Assembly (NCBI GenBank): GCA_008080735.1
Contig: SHMW01000007.1
Span: 21,315-85,314 of the forward strand
Direction: 5' to 3'
Length of the DNA stretch: 64,000 nucleotides
DNA from: Promethearchaeota archaeon
Lineage (GTDB): Archaea; Asgardarchaeota; Lokiarchaeia; Sigyniarchaeales; SOKP01
The notes under the pieces: generated by a model
The model's database searches: none
What the model was told of the DNA's origin: nothing
What the model saw: only the letters and a program-made list of their open reading frames with translations
Program-made: the position numbers and the translations under genes
Shown: in pieces, positions 1-8,985 of the stretch
Numbering within the stretch: the stretch's first letter is position 1
Layout of the letters: every line of letters starts with the position of its first letter

Positions 1-980
1 ATCGCCGAGAGATTTTTTATAATCACACCTCTTTTTGCCATTTCTAGCACGCCCGTAATAAGAACAAGAGTTACTAATAATGGTAGATTAACGGGAAACA
101 CATTTATCGCTCTGATTAGAGCATTGGAAACAATATCAATAACCGATATTTCGATAATCTCAGTTAGTAATAAAATACTTTTATAAGTGATTAAAATTGT
201 AAGCAGAATTATTGCTATTATCCCTAAAATATATCCTAATCGATTGAGCTTTTTTGTGAGAGGTATTTGCTCAAGTGTCCCCATTTGATTTAATGATTCT
301 GAGATATGTCCGATTTCTGTTTGAGCGCCGGTATATATTACCATTATTTTCGCTCGACCGGTATGCACAAAAGTTCCCATGAAAACCATATTTTGCTGTT
401 TTTGAATGGGAAGATCGGTATTTTTCAAGGTTGAATCAGACTTTTCCACAGATTCACTTTCTCCCGTCAATGGTGCTTCATTTATTGATAAATTCACGGT
501 GGAGAAAATTCTTCCATCTGCAGGTACTTTATCTCCTTGACTGAGTAATACAATATCACCGGGAACGATTTTTTTAGTGGAGATTTCTTGTTCTTCTCCA
601 TCTCTGAGAATATTAGCTTTTAATGCTGCAATTTCTTGTAAAGATTCTAGCGCCTTCTGAGCACGGTATTGTTGAAATATCGCAGCAAATGAATTTATGA
701 AGATTACGATGAAGGTTATTATCGTTTCCTCGATTGAACCAAATACAGAGATTATGATACCCGAAATGATGAGGACCACGATTAGAAAATTAAATAAAGG
801 AGCAAGATAAACTTTCCAGATGGATTTATCGATCTTGGGCAATTCATTTTTTCCATATCTCTCTAATCTGCTTTGTGCTTGTTCTTGAGTGAGACCATTT
901 TTTAAGTTCGTTCCAAGTGTCTTGCTTAAATCCTCGGGAGGTAAGCTATATGGGTTCTTTATATCTTCTGTTATGCTCAT
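1..980 (-). CDS. P-type ATPase, type II-like (5' part; runs off window start)
   Basis: Manual translation from ATG at 980: MSITEDIKNPY..GLTQEQAQSRLERYGKNEL..GDKVPADGRI..INEAPLTGES..NMVFMGT; actuator TGES motif. TM4 reads FPVNLP. Not in ORF track because it is truncated. Confidence 0.93.
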   Translation of the reverse strand, partial: MSITEDIKNPYSLPPEDLSKTLGTNLKNGLTQEQAQSRLERYGKNELPKIDKSIWKVYLAPLFNFLIVVLIISGIIISVFGSIEETIITFIVIFINSFAAIFQQYRAQKALESLQEIAALKANILRDGEEQEISTKKIVPGDIVLLSQGDKVPADGRIFSTVNLSINEAPLTGESESVEKSDSTLKNTDLPIQKQQNMVFMGTFVHTGRAKIMVIYTGAQTEIGHISESLNQMGTLEQIPLTKKLNRLGYILGIIAIILLTILITYKSILLLTEIIEISVIDIVSNALIRAINVFPVNLPLLVTLVLITGVLEMAKRGVIIKNLSA

Positions 981-1017
981 AAGCAGACCTTATTCACTTA
1001 TAAAACTTTAATTTCAT

Positions 1018-1629
1018 CTATTTCATCTCATGGTTAATCTCTTGCTTGGCTTCTTTATAAAACGCCTCAACTATTCTTAAGCGTTTTGTCGCTAATTCTT
1101 TAGATTCGTCTAAAAATAATTTTTGGTCCAACTTCAAGATTTTATTATCCAAGTGTTCTATTACCTCATTAAAACTTCCCTTATTCTTAACCGTAAATCC
1201 AATCGTTCTATAAAGTCCAATGGCGCCTAATGCGTCCAATTTATCCACATCGGACAACACCATTGCCTCCAATGTTTCCGGTCTAAGATTATATGAAAAT
1301 GAGTGCGCTTTTATTGAATGTATAATATTTTCTATCTCATTCTCTTTTAGTTTGATATTTCCATTCTTAAAAAACTCAAGGGCCATTTCTGCAGAGATTT
1401 CAGCATGATTTTTTACTGAATTTTCATCTTCTTTGGTTCGACCGATATCATGCATTAAGGCAGCTATTCTAAGTATGAATAGATCTGCTCCAACTGTTTT
1501 TCCAATTTTGAGGGATAAATTGCAAACTCGCTTAGTATGTTTAAAACCGTGGATATCATCCTTGAAGGAATTATCAGAAGAGAATTGCTCGACTCTTTTT
1601 AGGATTTTTTTTCTTTCTGATTGTTCCAT
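1018..1629 (-). CDS. HD-domain phosphohydrolase
   Basis: H..H (HGFKH), AALMHDIGR, NHAEISA, DVDKLDALGAIG motifs. Confidence 0.9.
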   Translation of the reverse strand: MEQSERKKILKRVEQFSSDNSFKDDIHGFKHTKRVCNLSLKIGKTVGADLFILRIAALMHDIGRTKEDENSVKNHAEISAEMALEFFKNGNIKLKENEIENIIHSIKAHSFSYNLRPETLEAMVLSDVDKLDALGAIGLYRTIGFTVKNKGSFNEVIEHLDNKILKLDQKLFLDESKELATKRLRIVEAFYKEAKQEINHEMK

Positions 1630-1795
1630 ATTATTCTAAGCACCGAAATGATAATAGATCTAATATATATGAATAATTCATTACTCGTTTAATCTATAAC
1701 TATTGATTGCTCAATAGAAATATTTAGATAAAGGATCTCTTAATGTTGCTTTTAAAAAGCTGGATAGCGTTTAAAGGAAGCAAATTAAGTGAAAG

Positions 1796-2740
1796 TTAAA
1801 ACTTTTCATTGAATCCATCAAATTGGTCTATTAATAAATCGGAATCTTTTCTATATAATACATTTAGCGCATAAGCCTGATTCGACAAATAGGTTTCTCC
1901 TAATAGTAGAGATACTCGTATATGATGGTCATTTTCACTAAATATTGGTACAATTGAATCCCATTTAGAAAAAAAGGAATAATTTTTGGTCAACTCTAAA
2001 GTTTTATCAAGAAGAACCATTTTTTTGGAATTTTTATCGATTTGAGTATCAATTAATTTCTGTTTTTGATTTTTAAAATAGGATTTTTTGAATAATTGGT
2101 ATCGTATACAAGACTCTTCGTTAATGTATTTGTAAATATAATAATCAAATGGATATAATCCGGGAATATATTTGGAATTCTTGGATAACTTGAATTTGAA
2201 TATAATTTTGGATACAAATTTATTGAGAAAATATATTGAATAGAACAACACAAAGCTGGGAAATAGATAAAAAAGTAATATGAAAGGATTTAAAAACCTA
2301 AAGAAAATTGAGACAATAAGAATACCTATTGAAATGAACATTAAGAAAGGATTTACCGCTCTATCAATGAAAAAGCGATATTTCTTCTTTGAAAAAGGAT
2401 ACACGATTGGAATCTTTGAGGCAGTGAGAAAATCAAAGAAAATATGGAGAAAATAAAATGCAGTCCCGATAATCCAAGTAGCAATTAAATCTGCTCCCAT
2501 TAGAAAAAAAAGAAATACACTAGGGAAGAATGAAATTAGAATAGCACCCACAATAGAATGAGAAACGCCTTTATGCGATAACAATTTAGAATTCCTAAAT
2601 TTGGGGATTATTTCAAGAAAAACATCCAAATCAGCTAAAATTGCCATAAATACCGCGTAGTAAAAAAAAACTATATCCATTCCTTTTAACAGATAACTAG
2701 CGAATAAAATAGCAATAATAAAGTGCGAAAAAAAGTCCAT
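1796..2740 (-). CDS. Membrane-bound metal-dependent hydrolase (YdjM-like)
   Basis: MDFFSH, DLD, HKGVSHS, HIFFDFLT motifs within hydrophobic helices. Confidence 0.8.
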   Translation of the reverse strand: MDFFSHFIIAILFASYLLKGMDIVFFYYAVFMAILADLDVFLEIIPKFRNSKLLSHKGVSHSIVGAILISFFPSVFLFFLMGADLIATWIIGTAFYFLHIFFDFLTASKIPIVYPFSKKKYRFFIDRAVNPFLMFISIGILIVSIFFRFLNPFILLFYLFPSFVLFYSIYFLNKFVSKIIFKFKLSKNSKYIPGLYPFDYYIYKYINEESCIRYQLFKKSYFKNQKQKLIDTQIDKNSKKMVLLDKTLELTKNYSFFSKWDSIVPIFSENDHHIRVSLLLGETYLSNQAYALNVLYRKDSDLLIDQFDGFNEKF

Positions 2741-2908
2741 ATCTCATTTAGGAAAATTGATATAAGAATTTTAAGTTAGTTCTAATATCTTATAATAATT
2801 CAGCACAGAAAATTTAGAATTAATAAAAAAATTTCTCTTATGTATTTCAAAACAAATATTCAAGCAGATTTCAAAACATTTTACGCTTTTTGACTTTGAA
2901 ATCCATCT

Positions 2909-3340
2909 TCAATATGAGATATCCCGGTCCTCTAAAAACGATTTAATTTTTTCTTCAAGTTCATCCCGTGCAGATCTAAATCGTTCAATTCTTTCTTCCT
3001 CAGAACCTTCAAATGCAGCGGGATCTTCAATATTCCAAAATAACCTCGTGCTCACTCCTGGCAGGGTGGGACATAATTTTTCAGCCTTTTGACATACGGT
3101 AATAACAATCCCGAAATGCTTCTCTCCTAAATATTGATCCAAATCTTTAGAGTAATGATCACTCATATCATATCCCTTTTCTTCCATAACTTTTTTAGTA
3201 AGAGGATGAATTTCCTTTGGCTCAAACCCCGCGCTGAATACATTGAAATAATCTCCAGCAAGTTTGTCCAAAATCGCTTCTGCCATCTGACTTCTTGCTT
3301 GATTATGAGTACATAAAAAAATTACACTCGGCTTTTTCAT
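2909..3340 (-). CDS. arsC: Arsenate reductase, LMW-PTP / thioredoxin-coupled type
   Basis: CTHNQARSQMAE P-loop, TVC..CP resolving pair, WNIEDP. Confidence 0.88.
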   Translation of the reverse strand: MKKPSVIFLCTHNQARSQMAEAILDKLAGDYFNVFSAGFEPKEIHPLTKKVMEEKGYDMSDHYSKDLDQYLGEKHFGIVITVCQKAEKLCPTLPGVSTRLFWNIEDPAAFEGSEEERIERFRSARDELEEKIKSFLEDRDISY

Positions 3341-3441
3341 AAATCAATCATCATTGAATTTAATTTAAAAATTACTTCTATATAATATATATTTTTAGGC
3401 GATTTACTCAATACAAAAATTTTTGAGGAGGCGATCCTCAT

Positions 3442-3477
3442 GTCGATCTCTTACTAAGATTTATTAAGAGATTTCAT
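3442..3477 (-). promoter_or_regulatory. Candidate SECIS element (eukaryote/Lokiarchaeal-like core)
   Basis: Minus strand ATGAA-ATCTCTTA-ATAAATCTTAG-TAAGAGAT-CGAC: UGAN/NGAN core, 8-bp perfect helix, AAA in the apical region. Starts 12 nt after the TAA of the read-through frame. Lower helix is weak. Confidence 0.5.
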
Positions 3478-3489
3478 TCATTTTTATTA

Positions 3490-3942
3490 TTAATCAAAAT
3501 AATGTCCAAAGTGTTCGTGGTTTTTTCCATATCTTTTATCTAAGCTATTTTTAAATTCAGCAATGTCTAACCTTTCCCGAATCTTTTCTCATCAACAACC
3601 AGGGTCAAGTTGAATATTAATGTCACTCTCTGGTATTAAGGAATAATCGGGATTTTCATGTAAAGGCATAAATTCTCTATTAGGGCCGTAGGCCATTATT
3701 CCCACATCATCATATATTTTATTGGTTTTCGGATTCCAGATTAATTGTAAATAGTTATAAATATATCCTTCGAAAATGGGGAAGATACAATCTTCTGGAT
3801 TATTTTTTATGTATTTGTCGACTTTAGCAATGGCTTCAGCTAGATTCGCATCGTCTTTAATTTGGACATTAAAAGATTTTCCTTGAGACAACCCACTATA
3901 GGGCATGCTTATACTAATTTTGATGGTTTTAAATTCAATCAC
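3490..3942 (-). CDS. MoaD/ThiS-like beta-grasp protein; putative selenoprotein with tandem UGA-UGA (GC-U-U), 150 aa if read through (116 aa to first TGA)
   Basis: GTG start 3942; ...CCT GGT TGT TGA TGA GAA AAG ATT..., then 32 open codons (EKIRERLDIAEFKNSLDKRYGKNHEHFGHYFD) to TAA TAA TAA; SECIS-like hairpin directly downstream. Confidence 0.55.
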
Positions 3943-4005
3943 CTTAAAGTTTCTTGGAATTCAAATAATTCTGTTTCTTTAACAAGTAAATAAAACTAAT
4001 TAAAA

Positions 4006-4431
4006 CTATTTGCTTGACCATAATTTGACCTTACTTTCTATTTGGTCACGTATTTTTCTAAAAAAAGCCAATTTTTCCTCCTCGGAGCCTTCAAACGCTG
4101 CGGGGTCTTCGAAAGGCCAATGTAATTCTTCTTGTACACCCAGAATAGTGGGGCAGGATTCTTTAGCACTCGAACAAACAGTAATAACAATATCAATATC
4201 AATTTTCTTCATTAATTCTCTTATATGCTTTGAGTTATGACCACTCCAATCGAATCCTGCCTCTTCGAGCACTTTTATAGTATATGGATGTATGGGATGC
4301 GGTTCTGTTCCTGCACTATAGGCATTATATCTATCATTTCCATATTTATTGATAAATGCTTCCGTCATTTGACTCCTGCATGAGTTCCCCGTACATACGA
4401 CTACTATATTTTTTTTACCCATTTGAATCAT
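4006..4431 (-). CDS. arsC: Arsenate reductase, thioredoxin-coupled type
   Basis: CTGNSCRSQM, TVCSSAKESCP, HWPFEDP. Confidence 0.93.
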   Translation of the reverse strand: MIQMGKKNIVVVCTGNSCRSQMTEAFINKYGNDRYNAYSAGTEPHPIHPYTIKVLEEAGFDWSGHNSKHIRELMKKIDIDIVITVCSSAKESCPTILGVQEELHWPFEDPAAFEGSEEEKLAFFRKIRDQIESKVKLWSSK

Positions 4432-4462
4432 CTCTCGTTGAATGTAATTTTGGGGGTATGTT

Positions 4463-4741
4463 TTAATTTATGAATCCTCTTTCCTTTAAAATCTTGGGTA
4501 ATTGTTTTTTTAAAGCATAAACTGAGGATATTTTTTTTTTTTCATCAATTATAATACATTTTTGAAATAATTTCATCTTCGCAGCTTTTTTGGAATGTAA
4601 TGATTTTGTATCGTGTTCAATATATTTTATATATGGTGTAAGGACTTCAAAAACGCGATTCATAAAATTTTCCCATTCACATGCACAAACTTGAAGCGGA
4701 ACATAAATATCTACTTTAACTTTTTCATTCTGGTTTGACAT
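4463..4741 (-). CDS. Small Cys-motif protein (CxC), possible thioredoxin-like/metal chaperone
   Basis: VDIYVPLQVCACEW strand-CxC-helix pattern; inside ars/hgc operon. Confidence 0.55.
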   Translation of the reverse strand: MSNQNEKVKVDIYVPLQVCACEWENFMNRVFEVLTPYIKYIEHDTKSLHSKKAAKMKLFQKCIIIDEKKKISSVYALKKQLPKILKERGFIN

Positions 4742-4768
4742 AAAAATCCTTCTTATGAATAATTAAAA

Positions 4769-5104
4769 TTAACAACAACATTCATTATTATTTTTCTTCG
4801 AACGTTTTCTAGCATCCCATAAGCACCCACACCCTTTTTGTTCTTGCATTATTATCGCGTGGGTTGGACAATTTCTCTCACATGCACTACATTCAGTACA
4901 TTTTTCAGGCTCACCGATATTATATGTCCCATCGTTTTCCTCTTTTAGAAGTCCAAATGGGCATATCTCCTCACACAAACCGCAACCGATACATTTTGAG
5001 GGATCTATAGCTATCTTTAAGTTTAAATTCTTCAAAAAACCTTCAATAACACTGCTAGAGTCACAACAGCTATTGTTTTTTTCTAATTTTGTCATTTTTC
5101 TCAA
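4769..5104 (-). CDS. hgcB: HgcB-like 2[4Fe-4S] ferredoxin
   Basis: CIGCGLCEEICP and CTECSACERNCP, GCGC, C-terminal CCC; directly downstream of HgcA-like gene. Confidence 0.8.
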   Translation of the reverse strand: MRKMTKLEKNNSCCDSSSVIEGFLKNLNLKIAIDPSKCIGCGLCEEICPFGLLKEENDGTYNIGEPEKCTECSACERNCPTHAIIMQEQKGCGCLWDARKRSKKNNNECCC

Positions 5105-5121
5105 AACATTATAGATTCTTA

Positions 5122-6786
5122 TTATAATATTATTATACTCAAAAGGGTAAGAAATAACCCAACACAGAGTAAAATGTAATTTAATTTTTTAAATAATGGA
5201 TATTCATTTCTAATTTCTCTTGGGTTTGTTGACATAGTATATCCGCTAAAAGACATTGTAGTGAAGAATCCAATCCATAGAAAAAAGATTAAATTTAGAA
5301 TAACGTAGTATAACGAAAAACTAAGAAACCACGTAACTATTCCAAGGGAAATTGTATTAATAATACCAAAAAACATACTTTTTAGAACAAAATTACGCGT
5401 AAAGTTAGAGAGAGGGTAAAGGAGAATTAATAAAAGATTTGGAAAGAGTATCCAAATTAAAAGATCGGCAGCCATCCAAGTTTTATTGATGATATTCGCA
5501 AGATCTAGGGCAAAAAGGATAAAAAATAGAATAATTAATGGAAGAAGAAATATTTTTCTCAAAAGAAATGTCGTATGTGTTATTCCCGCAGGAATCCGAT
5601 GTCGGAAAGTAAATTTGGCTCTCTTCATTTGCTTAGACTTCTTCTTTGGTTTTTTAATAAGGTATTCCTTCAAGTACCGTGACCATACTGGACCATATTC
5701 AATCTTAAATGGAAATATTTCTGAATGCTCTGGTAAATTGGGTTTTGAAAGCCCTCCGGCAGAAAGCTGGGGTAAAATGATAGTATTATTGTCAGTAATA
5801 TGTTTCACGCCTGTCGCTTCAACCGCTTCAAGTAATTGTTCATTACCAAAATCATCTCCTCTCGCAGCACACCAGACATTAATACCATTAGAGTCAATAC
5901 ATAATATCCATGCATCAATACCTTCTAAATCTCTCATAACTTTAATAAAAGTATATGCATAATTAGCAGTTGCAATAATCGGAGAATAATTATTTGGATT
6001 ACCCGATTTATATAATCCAGGTTCAATCGGAACATTATCAACCTGACCTGTCAATAGGCATCTCCAAATTTTTAGTTGTGATGAAATACCTTTTATTTTT
6101 GGTTTTTCTGGTTTATAATAACCCGGTTCATTCTTTTCTTCTTCAAATGATTTTTCTAATTCTATAGCTTGAATTGATCCGTGAGTCCATTTTTTTATGT
6201 CGGCTATTTTGAAACCAATCGGTTCTAAATAATCTTCAAAATACTCTAAAGGATTAGTTCTCTCAAGTTTTAATCTTCTTAATTTTTTATTATATAACCA
6301 CCTTTTCACCCAGAATGGAACCTTCCAAACTCCAGAGGGAATAAACTCTGCTGCAATTATTAATCGACCATCAGATTTTAATGCTTTCCACGCATTACGA
6401 AGAAAGATTTGTTGTTCCAACGGTCTTAGTTCTGATAACATAAAGGTACTAATGATTAAATCCTGAGAATCCTCTGGAACTTTCAAATCTTTAATTGTAC
6501 CAATTTGATATAGCAAATCTATATTATCTTTTTTTGGCATATTTTTCAAAGCATAGCTAATCATCTGATAATTTTCATCAAGAGCTCTGACTTTAGCGCC
6601 TTTTAACGCAATCTTTAAAGCCAAAATCCCAGTGCCGCACCCAACTTCTAAAACAGATTGATCATATTCAATCTTTTCTAAGATCCAGTTCTGAATTTTA
6701 ATATTTACTCCTTTTGTGAGATTAGTAAACTTTGAATCGTAATTTGCAGGTTCCTGCTCCAATTTTTGCATGTAAGTAACAGCCAT
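5122..6786 (-). CDS. Class I SAM methyltransferase fused to HgcA-like corrinoid-binding and transmembrane domains
   Basis: N-term VLEVGCGTG. Middle PIEPGLY..SPIIATANY..DAWILCIDSNGINVWCAARG..ILPQLSA..YGPVW. C-term TM helices with TMSFSGYT..TNPREIRNEY. Confidence 0.88.
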   Translation of the reverse strand: MAVTYMQKLEQEPANYDSKFTNLTKGVNIKIQNWILEKIEYDQSVLEVGCGTGILALKIALKGAKVRALDENYQMISYALKNMPKKDNIDLLYQIGTIKDLKVPEDSQDLIISTFMLSELRPLEQQIFLRNAWKALKSDGRLIIAAEFIPSGVWKVPFWVKRWLYNKKLRRLKLERTNPLEYFEDYLEPIGFKIADIKKWTHGSIQAIELEKSFEEEKNEPGYYKPEKPKIKGISSQLKIWRCLLTGQVDNVPIEPGLYKSGNPNNYSPIIATANYAYTFIKVMRDLEGIDAWILCIDSNGINVWCAARGDDFGNEQLLEAVEATGVKHITDNNTIILPQLSAGGLSKPNLPEHSEIFPFKIEYGPVWSRYLKEYLIKKPKKKSKQMKRAKFTFRHRIPAGITHTTFLLRKIFLLPLIILFFILFALDLANIINKTWMAADLLIWILFPNLLLILLYPLSNFTRNFVLKSMFFGIINTISLGIVTWFLSFSLYYVILNLIFFLWIGFFTTMSFSGYTMSTNPREIRNEYPLFKKLNYILLCVGLFLTLLSIIIL

Positions 6787-6810
6787 TTAAACCTCTCTGA
6801 TGTATCTAAA

Positions 6811-7875
6811 TTATTTTTTATTTATCCTCCAAAAGCCTTTTCTTCCGAGGAATTTCCCTATATATACAATGGAGAGCATTATTGGAATCTCCCAAAAAAG
6901 CCCCATAGTTGTCCCAAGGGCAGCTATGCTTCCAACCCCGTATAATCCCACTGCAGTTGCGATTGCAATTTCAAAATGCGACGATGAACCTATTATTACG
7001 CTGATTATCGCCTCCTTATAAGCGAAGCCCAGAATTTTCGTAACCATGATGTTGTATAAGACAACGATAAAAAATCCCACCAACAAGGGGATAGAAACGA
7101 TGACCATTAATTGGGGATTGTTCAATAATACTTCTCCATTTAAGGAAAACAGAATAATTAATGTTGTCAATAAGGCTACGATAGAGATCTTTCCTACAGC
7201 AGGTTTATAGGTATTTTGAAACCAACTTTCACCTTTCGATTTTATTAAAAATTTTCGTGAAAGAATGCCTATTAAAAGTGGAAGTCCAATGAAAACTATT
7301 CCAGAAATTAGAAGTTGAGTCCAATCAATAGGGATATTCTGTATTCCCGTCAATAAAGACACCATAGGTACATATCCAATTATTATTGTAATCGTGTTTA
7401 TGCTAGTTGTCAATACATTCTGTTCTTGATTTCCTTTTGCCATCCAACCCCAAACTAGGACCATCGCGGTACATGGAGAACTGGATAAAAGAATTATTGC
7501 AACAATGAGCTGCTGATCCACTAAAAAAATGTTAGCCATTGCCAATCCGACAAATGGGGCAATTAACCAATTTGAAACTAACGTGGCGATGACGGGTTTT
7601 GGATCTCTTCCTATCTGTTTTAATTCTGAGTATTGAAAATTTAACATCGCAGGATACATCATCAAAAATAAGCAAATGCCTATAGGAATTGAGATCCCAC
7701 CTATTTTGATTGATTCGATGAATTCTCCTATTCCTGAAACCACTTGAGAAAGTAAAATCCCAATGAATATACATAGAGCAACCCACGCAGGAAGAAACTT
7801 TTCAAAATAGCCAAGTTTTTTTTCTCTTTCTTTTAGCTCTTCCTCAATAGTTACTGAATTTCTTTTTTCAGACAT
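6811..7875 (-). CDS. acr3: Arsenite efflux transporter Acr3
   Basis: LFLMMYP, SNWLIAP, SPCTAMVLVW, SSSHFEIAIA; about 10 TM segments. Confidence 0.95.
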   Translation of the reverse strand: MSEKRNSVTIEEELKEREKKLGYFEKFLPAWVALCIFIGILLSQVVSGIGEFIESIKIGGISIPIGICLFLMMYPAMLNFQYSELKQIGRDPKPVIATLVSNWLIAPFVGLAMANIFLVDQQLIVAIILLSSSPCTAMVLVWGWMAKGNQEQNVLTTSINTITIIIGYVPMVSLLTGIQNIPIDWTQLLISGIVFIGLPLLIGILSRKFLIKSKGESWFQNTYKPAVGKISIVALLTTLIILFSLNGEVLLNNPQLMVIVSIPLLVGFFIVVLYNIMVTKILGFAYKEAIISVIIGSSSHFEIAIATAVGLYGVGSIAALGTTMGLFWEIPIMLSIVYIGKFLGRKGFWRINKK

Positions 7876-8094
7876 AATTTTTTCAGATTTTCGATATATA
7901 TTTTCTGTTTATGAGTTTCATATTAGGTGAATTTATGCTCAGATTTAAATCTATCGATTTGAAATACTTGAGAAACTATAATGTTGAATATTTTAATCTA
8001 TGGTACTTATTCAAGAATAGTAAGAGCTAAGGTTAAAAAATACTCCATTATCAAACAGCAATTGAGGGAAAACGATCTATTGATAATAGGATTC

Positions 8095-8880
8095 TTATTC
8101 TAAATGAGAATGTGGAGATCCGAGAGGAACCAATGTATAATCGCCTCCAGATTCAAGTAAACCTTTTTTAAGGAGTTCTTCACAGAAGGGATTACCATAA
8201 AGATTTATATACAAATTTTTATTATGAATATAAGGGAGGATATCATCAGGGTTTGCGAGGAGATTACTTGAGAGTTCGACGGTGAGAAGATTTGGATGGC
8301 TAGTAAGATCGGGAAGCCGAGTTATTTGATTATTGAAGAGTAAAAGCTCATATAAATCAGGGAGAGAATAAATTTCACGAATTTTATCTATCTTATTACA
8401 ATTTATAGAGAGAGATCTTAGCTTTTTCAGTTTTTCAAGTCCTTCCATTTTAATAATATTATTCCAACCTAATGAAAGTCCTTCTAAATTTATATTTTTT
8501 TCTAACCCTTGAATAGTTCTAACTTGATTTAATTGGAGGGATAATCTTTTCAGTTTTGTTAGATTTTCGAGTCCTTTAATTTTAGAGATCTTATTTCTTC
8601 CTAAATTAAGAACTACAAGATTTTTGAGATGATTGATTCCTTTAATCTCACTGATTTGATTGTTACATAAACTTAGATATCTTAAGTTAGAAAGATATTT
8701 AATTCCTTGGATTTTAGATAACTTGCATCCAGAAATATCAATTCTTTTTAATTCAGTTAGACTTTCAAGCCCTTTTATTTCTGTAATATCTTTAAGTGTC
8801 GGAGAATTATTTATTATTAGTGAATTATTGCTAACATAGAATTTTTGACCATCAAACTCTACACACTGATTTTCTGTCAT
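8095..8880 (-). CDS. Leucine-rich repeat protein (SDS22-like)
   Basis: Repeated LxxLxLxxNxIxxIxGL units. Confidence 0.92.
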   Translation of the reverse strand: MTENQCVEFDGQKFYVSNNSLIINNSPTLKDITEIKGLESLTELKRIDISGCKLSKIQGIKYLSNLRYLSLCNNQISEIKGINHLKNLVVLNLGRNKISKIKGLENLTKLKRLSLQLNQVRTIQGLEKNINLEGLSLGWNNIIKMEGLEKLKKLRSLSINCNKIDKIREIYSLPDLYELLLFNNQITRLPDLTSHPNLLTVELSSNLLANPDDILPYIHNKNLYINLYGNPFCEELLKKGLLESGGDYTLVPLGSPHSHLE

Positions 8881-8985
8881 TTTATATTAAAAGAAAGAAA
8901 AATGTGTATTTAAAAATACTCTCTGTGGAATTTTTTAATTTATGATTGCTCGATTATATTGAATAATCAGAAAAAAAATCTCTGT

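Noticed and set aside
5122-6786. Plain ArsM or CdhD/CdhE call
   Set aside because: The methyltransferase domain lacks the multiple conserved ArsM cysteines; the TM tail and adjacent Cys-tailed ferredoxin match HgcA/HgcB architecture rather than CODH/ACS subunits.
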